Positions 8,463 to 18,554 are shown, numbered from the stretch's first letter. The stretch is DNA of 64,000 nucleotides from an uncultured Brevinematales bacterium (GCA_964591955.1 CAZQBT010000005.1:6192-70191), one strand, 5' to 3'. Numbers and translations: made by a program. Notes: a model not told the origin generated them from the letters alone.

Positions 8463-10964
8463 TTACTTAGCGAGATACATACCTGTAAAAGAAGGAACGG
8501 AAACCGAACCGCTAACCTTCTTACCGCCCTTGATATTGGACTTGTCCTTATCTACAATCACAGTCCATTCGCCTTCGGGAATATCAAACTTAACATCGGC
8601 GCGAGAACCGTTGACCAAAATCACATAGCTCTTGGAATCGCTGCTATGAGCTTTGTCGTAATGGTAACCCAAAGCGCCCTGAACATTTCTGCCGTTCTCA
8701 TCAACACCGTCAAAGAATTCAATCTTGTCGATAGGATAAGAACCGAAAGATTTGCTGTTCTTACGAATATCAATAAGTCCCTGATAATAATTAAACAGGT
8801 CAATATTGGCTTTCTTTAAGTCCCAATTAAGCCAGTTGGACTCGTTGTCTTTTTCGTAAGAGTCGCGGTCAAGAAGATGAGGCGCTGTTTTCTGCGACCA
8901 TCTTTGAGGGTTGCCCTGTCGGTTAGTTCCCATAGTGTTAATCCAGGTGTTGCCCTCTTTAACCCAATTAGCGGAATTAGGCGGGAACACGTCTTTACCT
9001 GAAGGAGGAATAACAATCTTCATACGGGCAAATTCCATCCCCGAATGAACCATCACGGGACCCTGAACGCTCATAAGGTAAAGAATAACCAATTTATTTT
9101 GTTGCATCTGACGTTCGGTCAAGGTAGCAACTTTAAGATATTCCTCAGGTTTAATCTCCTGATTGCGTCTAACGTCGCCGTTATTAATCCTGATAATATC
9201 GCTTAAAGTCTCGTTATCGTGAGACTCGACATAAGTAACGGAAAATCTCGGCTCGTTATAGATATTAGGATGAGCAAGGACACCTTGACGAAGGTCGGCG
9301 GTGCGCGCTCTACCCTGATGAAGCGAATCTTTCATAATCGGGCGGGTTTTGTCGTTCCAAGCCGCGATTTTATTTCGCGCCATACCTTCGGGAGAATATC
9401 CGCCGCCGTCTCTCGGCTCACCGCGTCCACCCATCCAAGGCTCTGCGGTAAGCACGGTTTTTGGATTAACCTTGTAAACCGCATCTTTTATATGGTCATA
9501 GGTTTCCCAGTCGATAATAGTTCCAAGGTCAAAACGGAACCCGTCAACGCGATACTCTTCAACCCAGTAGCGGGTGCTGTCAACAAGAACCCTTCTCGAC
9601 ATAGGACGACAAGTCCTGAAGTCGTTACCGCATCCGCTTCGGGCATCATCCGTGCCGAAAGGAGTAAGCCAGTAATAGTATTTCTTGTCGATAAACTTAA
9701 AAGGATTTCTGTCATACTGCGCGGTGTGGTTATAAACCACGTCCATTAGAACGGCAATACCGTGCTGATGGAAAGCATCGACAACTCTCTTGAAAGCATG
9801 AACCTGTTCGCCGGTTGTTCCAATCCAGCCGCCGGCATTAATCTTTCCTTCAAGATAGAAAGACTCGGGGGCGAAGAAACCGGAAGTCATATAACCCCAG
9901 TGGTTTCTGCCGTAAGTATTCCATGTATTATAAACGAAATCGCGGGATGTAACCTTATAAGGAGCTTCCACCTCGCCGAAATCATGTATAGGTAAAAACT
10001 CAATGGCATTAACACCGAGTTCAAGAACGTGGTTAATACCGCCCTGCTTGCCTAATTCGGTTAACCCGTCATAAGTGCCTTTTTTGTTAATATCCTTTGA
10101 AAGCATAGTAAGGTCGCGAACATGAGCCTCATATATAATATACTCGGTCTGGTCGTAACCCATATACTTTTTCTGGGAGCGCCATCGGTAAGTTGATGGG
10201 TCAACAAGAACCGTCAGATGAGTCTGGGGAGAAATATTCAAAGTAGCCATAGCCTTAGAATAAGGGTCAGCCACGATATAGTTAGGGTCAAAAACCTCAG
10301 TTGCGCCCCTGGGACCCCATACGCGATACCCGTATAATTTGCCCCAGTGAGTTCCGCGAAGAGTAACAGACCATACGCCGGACTTAGGGTCAAGTGTCAT
10401 TTCGTGCTGTGTTTCGCCCTGCTGTTTTTCCTTACCCGGAGCATCGGTATAAGGCTTGTCGAACATACAAAGCATTACTTTCTGAGCGCGGGGAGAAAAT
10501 ACGCGGAAAGTAGTATTTCCGCCGGAAAGCGTAGCGCCCATAGGTTCGTCAGAAAAGAACTTGTTTAAAAGTTCATCGCCCCATTGAGCTTCAAAGAAAT
10601 TGGTTTCCATTTCGCCTTCTCTTCGTGAATGAGGGCTAATAGCGCCGACATTATAATTGACCTCCGAATTTAACGGGGGAACAATTAAAATAACTTGTCT
10701 TCCTCTTCTTGCAAGTTTGGCTTCAAGCGGAACTATGGGGTTATCGGTCTTGCCGAACTCATAAATAACAAAATTAGACACGCTGATTTCATCCTGAGTA
10801 AACCGCAAATCAGCGTGAATTTCCGTTTCCGATTCTCTTGTAGCACCGCTGAGACGGAGAGGTCTGTCGGCAGTAGGACGGGCTTCTTCCCTACACGCTA
10901 CAAAAGCTAAAAACCCTAAAGCCACGACTACCAAAATGAGCGGGCTTAGTTTTTTCCATTTCAT
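8463..10964 (-). CDS. Type I pullulanase-like GH13 lipoprotein
   Basis: Lipobox LAFVAC. GH13 regions VLMDVVYNHTA, VDGFRFDLG, LTAEPW and YVESHDN, plus an N-terminal carbohydrate-binding-like extension. The size (833 aa) and motifs fit the pullulanase/debranching subfamily. Confidence 0.8.
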   Translation of the reverse strand: MKWKKLSPLILVVVALGFLAFVACREEARPTADRPLRLSGATRESETEIHADLRFTQDEISVSNFVIYEFGKTDNPIVPLEAKLARRGRQVILIVPPLNSEVNYNVGAISPHSRREGEMETNFFEAQWGDELLNKFFSDEPMGATLSGGNTTFRVFSPRAQKVMLCMFDKPYTDAPGKEKQQGETQHEMTLDPKSGVWSVTLRGTHWGKLYGYRVWGPRGATEVFDPNYIVADPYSKAMATLNISPQTHLTVLVDPSTYRWRSQKKYMGYDQTEYIIYEAHVRDLTMLSKDINKKGTYDGLTELGKQGGINHVLELGVNAIEFLPIHDFGEVEAPYKVTSRDFVYNTWNTYGRNHWGYMTSGFFAPESFYLEGKINAGGWIGTTGEQVHAFKRVVDAFHQHGIAVLMDVVYNHTAQYDRNPFKFIDKKYYYWLTPFGTDDARSGCGNDFRTCRPMSRRVLVDSTRYWVEEYRVDGFRFDLGTIIDWETYDHIKDAVYKVNPKTVLTAEPWMGGRGEPRDGGGYSPEGMARNKIAAWNDKTRPIMKDSLHQGRARTADLRQGVLAHPNIYNEPRFSVTYVESHDNETLSDIIRINNGDVRRNQEIKPEEYLKVATLTERQMQQNKLVILYLMSVQGPVMVHSGMEFARMKIVIPPSGKDVFPPNSANWVKEGNTWINTMGTNRQGNPQRWSQKTAPHLLDRDSYEKDNESNWLNWDLKKANIDLFNYYQGLIDIRKNSKSFGSYPIDKIEFFDGVDENGRNVQGALGYHYDKAHSSDSKSYVILVNGSRADVKFDIPEGEWTVIVDKDKSNIKGGKKVSGSVSVPSFTGMYLAK

Positions 10965-11183
10965 AAAAAATCCTCCTCTATTTGTTTATATCATATTTCA
11001 CTACAATTATTATTATACCCCCTGATTCTATATCAAATCTGAAAATAGTCAATAGTAGAATCAAATAAATTACAATAAAAAAACAATATATATATTTTAT
11101 TTAGTATAAACGAAATCTAAATTGCTTTTTTTGTCAATGTAGGTATAATATTAAAGGCAAAGAAATAGCGCAAAGGAAAAATA

Positions 11184-13133
11184 ATGGCAAAAAAGATTTC
11201 CAAGATTCGTTCCAAACTCGAAATTGAGAAAATAGACGGAGATAATCGCTCAAAACTCTACAAAGACTTCCAAAAAGTCGGAGGGAAGGTAGTAGAAATT
11301 GAGGATGATGATAAAACCAAAGAATTGGAAAAGCTGAACGCATTTGTCCGGGAAAAAGAATTAAGAGAAAAAGAAGCCAAGGCAAGGAAAGAGAGAATTG
11401 CAAAGGAGATGGAAGAAGCGGAGAAAAAAAAGGCAAAAACATCGTCTTCCGCCACCTCATCTCCCGCTTCATCGGCAACATCAAAACCATCTTCAAAAGC
11501 GGTAAAACAGTCGCAAACAACCGCAGTATCGGGGGCGGAACCCCCGCAAGATAAAACACATATACAGGAAAAAAGAGCATTCGGGGACCGGGAAAAAATT
11601 AGAAAAAAAATTATGGAAGAAATTACCAAGCAGAAAAAAAAAGATGAAAAACTCGATAACCGAATGAGCCTGCTATCGGCAAAACTTGCCTGTATTTTCG
11701 CCCGCATATTTAATCTATGGGGGAACCATTTTTCCAAAAAATTTATAGAAGAAACCGTTATCTATTTTAAAGCCTCGCTCAAAAATGCTCATCAGATTCT
11801 CACCTCGGTTCTCTATCAAAACAAAGCCGTTGCCGACCTTATTAAAGATGCTTTAAACACTAAAGACCATTCTTATTATTATGAGCTTATTTATCGGTTC
11901 GACAACTTGCTCAAAGACGAGACGCTTGAGGAAATAGAAAGCGCACAAAATACACTTAACCCGATTAAAGAAGCTAAAAACGGGTTTATTGCATTGTTTA
12001 AAGAAATGTATATACTTGCGCCATACCATCACGTTCTCGAAAATGCCGCAGGGGTTGTTTTAAAAATGGAGGAAAAAATCAGCAAACTTAATCCCGGTAT
12101 GGTAAACAACAATATAAGAGTCGTTACAAATTCCATTGAATATGTGTTTAGCAGGTATTTCCCGCGTATAGAGATGCTGATAGACTATTACCATAAGGAA
12201 CAAAAAGTTGCTCTGGGCAAAAAAAGTAGTATTAAAGAGTTTTTAGGTAGTGATGAAAGCAACCATATCGGGCATTATACCAATCTTTGGCGGGAACAGG
12301 CGGAACAGGAAAAAAAGAAACAGGAAAGAGAGGCTCGTCAAGCGGCGGAACAGGAAAATCAACCTTATGATACCGCTTATGAAAATGCCCTTGAAAATAT
12401 TGAGCAAACCGAAAATATAGCCGAGGAAACCAGAAAGGGATTAAAACTCATATATTACAATTTGGATTTTCCTAAAACATTGAATTTTTTTATAGAAAGC
12501 AAAGATGCCCGCTCGCTTTTTCAAATAAACGACAAAATTTTTATAATCTACACTCTTATAGATTTCTTTGAAAGAGAATTTTCGTTCCTGTTTGCAACAA
12601 ATATTGTTGAATATAATATATATTTTGACCGCCTGAAACGTAAAATTGATTCTAAAGATACATTAAAGAGGATTCACTACAAATTCAACGATATATACAG
12701 GCGAATAAAAGAGTATTTAAAGCTGCTTGTTGAATGGAAAAAACTCATTGACAGGGGAGAAAGTATAGAGAAAGGCTCGCGGGAACTTGACTACGTGCGT
12801 CATCAACGCGATACGATTTTCAAATCGGCAAACTATGAAACCCGAAAAATAGTTGATGACCTGAACAAAATGTTCCTGTTTATCGTGAACGATTGTAATA
12901 AAGGAAAACAGGTAATTGCAAATCCCGAAGAAATTTTGGACTTAGGTCATAAATCGGGAGCTAATAAAATCTGCCACAAAAAAACCGTGGTTCAGGCATT
13001 TACCGGCGCTTATGAATTTTTATCCGCGTTTTTATTCCTACTAACAAGCGCAGACTTAATCCCAAACGAACTTATGCTCAAGAAAAACCAATTCCTGAAA
13101 TTACCTCGTAACGAAAAATCAAATCAAGGATAG
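11184..13133 (+). CDS. Hypothetical protein with Lys/Glu-rich and Ser-rich N-terminal low-complexity region
   Basis: 649-aa ORF, first gene of a tightly packed same-strand run (11184-16380). The N-terminal 150 aa are KE-rich with an SSSATSSPASSATSKPSS tract; the remainder is helical-looking. No family recognised. Confidence 0.55.
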   Translation: MAKKISKIRSKLEIEKIDGDNRSKLYKDFQKVGGKVVEIEDDDKTKELEKLNAFVREKELREKEAKARKERIAKEMEEAEKKKAKTSSSATSSPASSATSKPSSKAVKQSQTTAVSGAEPPQDKTHIQEKRAFGDREKIRKKIMEEITKQKKKDEKLDNRMSLLSAKLACIFARIFNLWGNHFSKKFIEETVIYFKASLKNAHQILTSVLYQNKAVADLIKDALNTKDHSYYYELIYRFDNLLKDETLEEIESAQNTLNPIKEAKNGFIALFKEMYILAPYHHVLENAAGVVLKMEEKISKLNPGMVNNNIRVVTNSIEYVFSRYFPRIEMLIDYYHKEQKVALGKKSSIKEFLGSDESNHIGHYTNLWREQAEQEKKKQEREARQAAEQENQPYDTAYENALENIEQTENIAEETRKGLKLIYYNLDFPKTLNFFIESKDARSLFQINDKIFIIYTLIDFFEREFSFLFATNIVEYNIYFDRLKRKIDSKDTLKRIHYKFNDIYRRIKEYLKLLVEWKKLIDRGESIEKGSRELDYVRHQRDTIFKSANYETRKIVDDLNKMFLFIVNDCNKGKQVIANPEEILDLGHKSGANKICHKKTVVQAFTGAYEFLSAFLFLLTSADLIPNELMLKKNQFLKLPRNEKSNQG

Positions 13134-13137
13134 CTCT

Positions 13138-14850
13138 ATGCATTCGCTTCGCTCAAAACTAAACAGGATAAACAATAACGGCTATAAAATATATAAAAGC
13201 CTCTACGGTCAATATAACTTCGGCAATTTCACTCTCAGCATAGACCAAATCCAAGCCGACCCGTTTGCATCACCTTCAAAAATAACCGTATCAATCCCGT
13301 TGCAAACTACCGGAATCCCTCAAAACCTGATTAATACCCCGATACGGAAAAAGGCGTTTGTCGATGCCCTTTCGCGGGTAATAGCAAAATCAATCCGAAA
13401 GGTTACAAAAGGCAACCGGGGCACCGGTAATTCGGGGGTTTTCGCTATCAATTACGGCACCCAAAAGATACTCCTGCGAAATTCCGTTATAACAAACGGC
13501 AAGGATTTGCAAGTCCGTCTTCTTGTAGGGCTTCCCGCTTACGGCAGAAAAATCGACGCCATCCAAGCCGAAGAAATGTTTTTTGAGGAACTCCCCGAAA
13601 TGGTCAACCAAACCCTTTTTTGGAAAAACCTCGACCATAAATATTTTCATTCCTTTGTAAATCTTATCGAAAAGCAGGAATATATCCGCGCAATGTTACC
13701 GGAACTCGGACTTGTATGTTTTATCGCGGATAATTCAATACTTGCAAGGCGCTCCGGCATAGACGACACCCCGCTGGATTCGGCGGTAAAATTTGTTTCG
13801 CCTGAAAGTATGCGTATAAAAATTGAGTTTCCCGACAAAAGCAATATATCCGGGATGGGTATTCCAAACGGTGTTACTCTGATAACCGGCGGCGGATTTC
13901 ATGGAAAATCAACCCTTCTCAATGCCATACAGGAGGGAATTTATAACCATATACCCGGTGACGGGCGCGAGTATGTCGTATCACAAAGGCATCTTGCAAA
14001 AATCCGTGCCGAGGACGGCAGAAATGTCGCCTCATCGGATATTTCGATTTTTATCAACAATCTACCCGGTGGAATTAACACATCGACTTTCTCAACCGAA
14101 AACGCCAGCGGGTCAACCTCGCAGGCTTCCAATATAGTCGAGGCAATAGAGGCGGGTGCTGAAGTGTTGCTTATGGACGAGGACACGTCGGCGACAAATT
14201 TCCTTATACGCGATAAGCGTATGCAGGAATTAATCCCATCGGGAAAAGAACCGATTACCCCGTATATAGACACGGCGAGGGCGTTATTTGAAAATCACGG
14301 CGTTTCCACTATCCTTGTTGTCGGGGGTTCGGGAGATTATATTGATATTGCCGATAAGGTTATACTTATGGATAACTACAAAGCGGAAGATGCCACCGCA
14401 CGCGCCAAGGATATTGCCCGAAAATATCCTTATACCCATATAAACGAATTTAACCGTGAAATCAGGATTCGTCGAAGAATCCCGCTCCGCGATTCGATAG
14501 ATCCGTCTAAAGGAAAAAGAGAGGCGAAAATCTCATCCTGCGATACGGGGATAATTTTCGGCAAACAGCGCATTGAGCTTTCGGGATGGGAGCATATAAT
14601 CGACAAGACACAATATAGCACAATCGGCGACCTTATATATTACGCGCTGAAAACCAACCTGATTGACAACAAAAACTGTATTGATGATATAATCAAGTTG
14701 CTTGTAAAGGATATGGAAAGCGAGGGTCTCGATATAATATGGCAAAAAGTATCGCGGCAATGGAATTATTACTGCGAGGTGAGAGAACTTGATATAGCCG
14801 CAACTATTAACCGTCTGAGAATGCTTAAAGCGAGGTCAAAAGAGGGGTGA
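13138..14850 (+). CDS. Predicted ATPase of the ABC class (ABC_ATPase family, P-loop)
   Basis: GGGFHGKSTLLNAIQEGIYNHIPGDGREYV...RAEDGR...FSTENASGSTSQASNIVEAIEAGAEVLLMDEDTSATNFLIRD...EPITPY. This matches my recollection of the conserved core of the 'predicted ATPase of the ABC class' family. Confidence 0.7.
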   Translation: MHSLRSKLNRINNNGYKIYKSLYGQYNFGNFTLSIDQIQADPFASPSKITVSIPLQTTGIPQNLINTPIRKKAFVDALSRVIAKSIRKVTKGNRGTGNSGVFAINYGTQKILLRNSVITNGKDLQVRLLVGLPAYGRKIDAIQAEEMFFEELPEMVNQTLFWKNLDHKYFHSFVNLIEKQEYIRAMLPELGLVCFIADNSILARRSGIDDTPLDSAVKFVSPESMRIKIEFPDKSNISGMGIPNGVTLITGGGFHGKSTLLNAIQEGIYNHIPGDGREYVVSQRHLAKIRAEDGRNVASSDISIFINNLPGGINTSTFSTENASGSTSQASNIVEAIEAGAEVLLMDEDTSATNFLIRDKRMQELIPSGKEPITPYIDTARALFENHGVSTILVVGGSGDYIDIADKVILMDNYKAEDATARAKDIARKYPYTHINEFNREIRIRRRIPLRDSIDPSKGKREAKISSCDTGIIFGKQRIELSGWEHIIDKTQYSTIGDLIYYALKTNLIDNKNCIDDIIKLLVKDMESEGLDIIWQKVSRQWNYYCEVRELDIAATINRLRMLKARSKEG

Positions 14851-15815
14851 AGCTCAGAGAAATTTTAAACCGCTTCGGGAAAGCAAAAACGCCTTTCCTT
14901 TTCATAATAGACTTTGATATGAAAGATTATATAGTAACGCCATTGGATAAAATCCCCCCTGAAATTCGCTACGACATAAACGGAATAGCAAATTCCGCTC
15001 CCGCCTCCGCAATGAACCGCGATTTTTATTTCAGGAAATTCCCGATAGAATATGATAAATATCTTGCCGGGTATAAAAAAGTAAATCGGGAGTTTTACAA
15101 CGGAAACACTTTCCTGCTTAACCTGACTTTCCCTACTAAAATAGAAACCGACCTGTCATTAAGCGAAATATACAACCACAGCAAGGCAAAATATCGCCTT
15201 TTATATGACGAAAAATTTGTTGTGTTTTCTCCCGAAACCTTTATAATAATAGAAGATAATAAGATTTTTTCATTCCCGATGAAAGGAACGATAGAGGCTG
15301 CCATACCCGATGCGGAAAGGATAATACTTGATGATGAAAAAGAATTAGCCGAACACACAACTATAACGGATTTAATCCGCAATGACTTATCAAGCACGGC
15401 AAAAAACGTGAGGGTTGAAAAATTCCGTTATATAGAAAAGATAAACGCGCTGGGCAAAGAACTGTTACAGGTAAGCTCAAAGATTTCAGGGGAACTTGAC
15501 GAGGAATGGAACGGGCGTATCGGGGATATACTGATACGTCTTTTACCCGCAGGCTCAATAAGCGGAGCGCCCAAACCCAAGACTATCGAAATTATAAAGG
15601 ACGCGGAAAATTATAACCGGGGGTTTTTCACCGGCGTTTTCGGGATATACGACGGGAGAAGGCTTGAAAGCGCGGTTATGATTCGATTTATCGAGAAAAC
15701 GGCGGAAGGGCTTGTGTTTAAAAGCGGAGGGGGGATTACCGTTTACAGCGACCCGGTAAAGGAATACAATGAACTTACGGAGAAAGTTTATGTGCCTGTT
15801 AGTCGAAACGTTTAG
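14847..15815 (+). CDS. pabB: Aminodeoxychorismate synthase component I-like (chorismate-binding domain only)
   Basis: GTG start overlapping the upstream stop (GTGA). PMKGT...ELAEHTTITDLIRNDL...PAGSISGAPK...IIKDAE...RGFFTGVFGIYDG...AVMIRF...GGGIT gives chorismate-binding enzyme motifs. It is short (322 aa) and lacks the usual N-terminal domain. Confidence 0.7.
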   Translation: MKLREILNRFGKAKTPFLFIIDFDMKDYIVTPLDKIPPEIRYDINGIANSAPASAMNRDFYFRKFPIEYDKYLAGYKKVNREFYNGNTFLLNLTFPTKIETDLSLSEIYNHSKAKYRLLYDEKFVVFSPETFIIIEDNKIFSFPMKGTIEAAIPDAERIILDDEKELAEHTTITDLIRNDLSSTAKNVRVEKFRYIEKINALGKELLQVSSKISGELDEEWNGRIGDILIRLLPAGSISGAPKPKTIEIIKDAENYNRGFFTGVFGIYDGRRLESAVMIRFIEKTAEGLVFKSGGGITVYSDPVKEYNELTEKVYVPVSRNV

Positions 15816-16380
15816 GATAGAAAACGGTGATATACAGATTGTCGAGTATCACGAGGAGCGTATGAACGGCGCGAGATGGGAACTTTTCGGGTGTCGGGAT
15901 TGGATAGCGGCGGAAACCTTTATATCGCCTCCGAAAAACGGATTATACAAATGCCGCGCCTTATACAAACGCGAAATCGAAAAAGTCGAGTATGTCCCGT
16001 ATATACTAAACCGCCCCCGCTCCCTTCGTATAGTGGAAAATAATGATATAGATTACAGCTATAAATACGCGGATAAAAGCGAGTTTAAAACGCTCTTATC
16101 GCAAAAGGGGAATTGCGACGATATTTTAATTATCAAACACGGGTTCGTTACGGATATTTCAAGAGCGAATATAGCCTTTTTCGACGGGAAAAACTGGCTA
16201 ACCCCGGACACTCCCCTGCTCTACGGGACAAAACGCGCATACCTCTTGGATTGCGGAAAAATTCAGGAGGCTACAATAAAGCGGGATGATATTAAACGCT
16301 TTAAAAAAGCTGTTATATTCAATACAATGATAGACCTTGAGGATAAAGTCGAAATAGATATTGATAACATTATAGAATAA
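15790..16380 (+). CDS. pabC: Aminodeoxychorismate lyase-like (class IV aminotransferase fold)
   Basis: Follows and overlaps pabB (ATG 15790 lies inside the pabB 3' end). Contains ...ILIIKHGFVTDISRANIAFFDGKNWLTP...LLYGTKRAYLLD..., typical of the PabC/IlvE fold. The call rests on context plus weak motifs. Confidence 0.55.
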   Translation: MCLLVETFRIENGDIQIVEYHEERMNGARWELFGCRDWIAAETFISPPKNGLYKCRALYKREIEKVEYVPYILNRPRSLRIVENNDIDYSYKYADKSEFKTLLSQKGNCDDILIIKHGFVTDISRANIAFFDGKNWLTPDTPLLYGTKRAYLLDCGKIQEATIKRDDIKRFKKAVIFNTMIDLEDKVEIDIDNIIE

Positions 16381-16446
16381 ATGTCATAAAACTTGACGAT
16401 ACGCTTTGGAATAAGTATAATTATACAAAACTAATAGGATTAACAG

Positions 16447-16857
16447 ATGGACGCAAAAACTTTAGAATTTAAACCAATCTCAATGTTTAAACGTGTTTTG
16501 CTTATCATATTGGGAAGCATATCGGCGGGTTTGGCATTGCTGTTCGTGTTCATACGCGGGATACCGACAACCCCGTTTCTGCTCATAGCAACGGCGTGTT
16601 ACGCGCGAAGTTCGGAGCGTCTATACAAATGGCTATATTCAAACAAGTTCCTAAAAAAGCCCCTGCAAACTATGCACGATGTAATGGAAGGACGCGGAAT
16701 GGCGCTTAAAACAAAAATAATAATCGTGGCAATAGCATGGACATCAATAACACTTGCCGCAATTCTTATAAACAATCTTGCCGTGAGGATAATTCTTGTA
16801 ACGCTTGCCTTAATCAAAGGGTTTGTGATGTTTTTTGTAATCAAGACGGCAAGGTAA
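16447..16857 (+). CDS. ybaN: YbaN/DUF454 family inner-membrane protein
   Basis: LLIILGSISAGLALLFVFIRGIPTTPFLLIATACYARSSERLYKWL is the DUF454 signature N-terminus. Four hydrophobic helices. Confidence 0.7.
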   Translation: MDAKTLEFKPISMFKRVLLIILGSISAGLALLFVFIRGIPTTPFLLIATACYARSSERLYKWLYSNKFLKKPLQTMHDVMEGRGMALKTKIIIVAIAWTSITLAAILINNLAVRIILVTLALIKGFVMFFVIKTAR

Positions 16858-16869
16858 ATCAATCAAACA

Positions 16870-16897
16870 TTGACTTTTCTTGTATAATATCTATAAT
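16870..16897 (+). promoter_or_regulatory. Sigma-70-type promoter for the ATPase/small-protein pair
   Basis: TTGACT (16870-16875), 16-nt spacer, TATAAT (16892-16897). AAGGAG RBS at about 16920; GTG start at 16933. Confidence 0.45.
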
Positions 16898-16932
16898 AAT
16901 ATCCGTATCTTTTTATTGTAAGGAGTTCAATA

Positions 16933-18102
16933 GTGATAAATAGTCTTAAAATAACGAATGTAGGACCTATAAGCAACGCCGACATCGAATTCGGAGATTT
17001 AACGGTTTTTGTGGGACCTCAGGCTTGCGGAAAAAGTATCTGTTCCCAGTTTTTAAAACTTATTCAGGATACGGGATTTATTAAAAACGAATTAGAAACA
17101 TTCGGATTTGACTGGAAAAATGAATGGAGCAGGTTTTTACAAATATATTTCGGTGAAGGGATGAATTCAATCTGGAAAGAAGACAGTAAAATTATTTATG
17201 ACAACGAGTCTTTTGATGAAACAAGGCTAAAAAAGGCAAGGATGCCCAGACAAGCTGAAATTAAAAATTTTTATATTCCCGCACAGCGGACTACAACAAT
17301 AGAAAACGGATGGCTCAAACCGTTTAACGGGTTCGATTCATCGTTTCCCTATGTCTTAAAATCTTTTAGCGAAAATATCCGTCAAACAATGGATAAATCC
17401 TTTATTAAAGATTCAAGCACCATATTCCCTCAAGATAACATATTAAAAAAGGGACTTCGCGAAATAATTGAAAAAAACATATACCGAAATTCAAGGATGG
17501 TTATCAAAGAAATAAGTAATCGCAAAGCCGTTTTTCTTGAAATAGGAGATTCTAAAAATCATATCTCCTTCGGGAGTTGGTCAACGGGACAACGCGAATT
17601 TGCTCCTCTTTTGTTCGGTTTATATTGGGCTTTGCCCTCATCTAAAACCACCGTAAAAAGTGGGATAGATACAATCGTAATAGAAGAACTTGAAATGGGT
17701 TTGCACCCCAAAGCCATTATAGCAATAATGAGTCTCATAATTGAATTGCTGAACAGGGGATATAAAGTCGTTTTATCCACACACTCAAACATTGTCCTTG
17801 ATGTTATGTGGGCAATAAATACAATAAAAGGACATAAGAATAGTGAAAACAGGATACTTGAAATTTTCGGAATAGAGAATTTATATAACAAAAAAAAATG
17901 GGCAAAAAAATGCCTTGAAAAAATATACAAAATATATTATTTTGAAAAAACGGAAAACGGGGAAACTAAATTCAATACAAAAGACATATCCTCTTTGGAT
18001 CCGGGTAATGATGACCCCGATTTAGCCGGATGGGGCGGACTATCGGGTGAAAGCGGAAGGATTGCCGATATCGTTTCAACCGTGTTTGATACGGCGGAGT
18101 AA
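16933..18102 (+). CDS. ABC/SMC-like AAA_15/AAA_21-type ATPase (OLD/GajA/PtuA-class N-terminal ATPase architecture, no fused nuclease)
   Basis: The N-terminus LKITNVGPI...FGDLTVFVGPQACGKS carries Walker A (aa 28-35). Also an ABC-signature-like SWSTGQRE (215-222), Walker B DTIVIEELEMGLHP (246-259) and H-loop VVLSTHSN (279-286). Confidence 0.75.
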   Translation: MINSLKITNVGPISNADIEFGDLTVFVGPQACGKSICSQFLKLIQDTGFIKNELETFGFDWKNEWSRFLQIYFGEGMNSIWKEDSKIIYDNESFDETRLKKARMPRQAEIKNFYIPAQRTTTIENGWLKPFNGFDSSFPYVLKSFSENIRQTMDKSFIKDSSTIFPQDNILKKGLREIIEKNIYRNSRMVIKEISNRKAVFLEIGDSKNHISFGSWSTGQREFAPLLFGLYWALPSSKTTVKSGIDTIVIEELEMGLHPKAIIAIMSLIIELLNRGYKVVLSTHSNIVLDVMWAINTIKGHKNSENRILEIFGIENLYNKKKWAKKCLEKIYKIYYFEKTENGETKFNTKDISSLDPGNDDPDLAGWGGLSGESGRIADIVSTVFDTAE

Positions 18103-18105
18103 TCT

Positions 18106-18552
18106 ATGAGCATTGTCAATATCATAAACGGTAGTATATTAGCCCCGCATTTGAAATCCGGAATTCAGGCAATACAAAGGAAATACAGGAATAAAATTTG
18201 TAATGGAACCCCTCTGAACAGTGTCGATATTGACACAACTCAGCAAAGAAATCAACCTAACGCTAATAGATGGGACTACCTGATAGTAGCAACGAAGTCT
18301 AATACTCAAATTGCGGTTTTTGTTGAAATCCACAGTGCATATTCATGTGAGGTCGGCACTGTCATAAAAAAATATGATTGGTTAAGAAATTTCATATCAA
18401 CCAATCTTCGCAATTTACAACTCGGCTCTGCAAAATATTTTTGGATTTCATCAGACGGAATACATATACCAAAACATACACCTCAATATAAAAGACTGGC
18501 AAGACACCCTTTCTTAAGACTGCAAACAAATCTGGATTTAAGCAAAATTTAA
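18106..18552 (+). CDS. Hypothetical 148-aa protein, partner of the upstream ATPase (candidate effector)
   Basis: Starts 3 nt after the ATPase stop. No family recognised. The core ...NRWDYLIVATKSNTQIAVFVEIHS... is beta-strand-rich and only loosely reminiscent of a restriction-endonuclease-like fold. Confidence 0.5.
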   Translation: MSIVNIINGSILAPHLKSGIQAIQRKYRNKICNGTPLNSVDIDTTQQRNQPNANRWDYLIVATKSNTQIAVFVEIHSAYSCEVGTVIKKYDWLRNFISTNLRNLQLGSAKYFWISSDGIHIPKHTPQYKRLARHPFLRLQTNLDLSKI

Positions 18553-18554
18553 CC

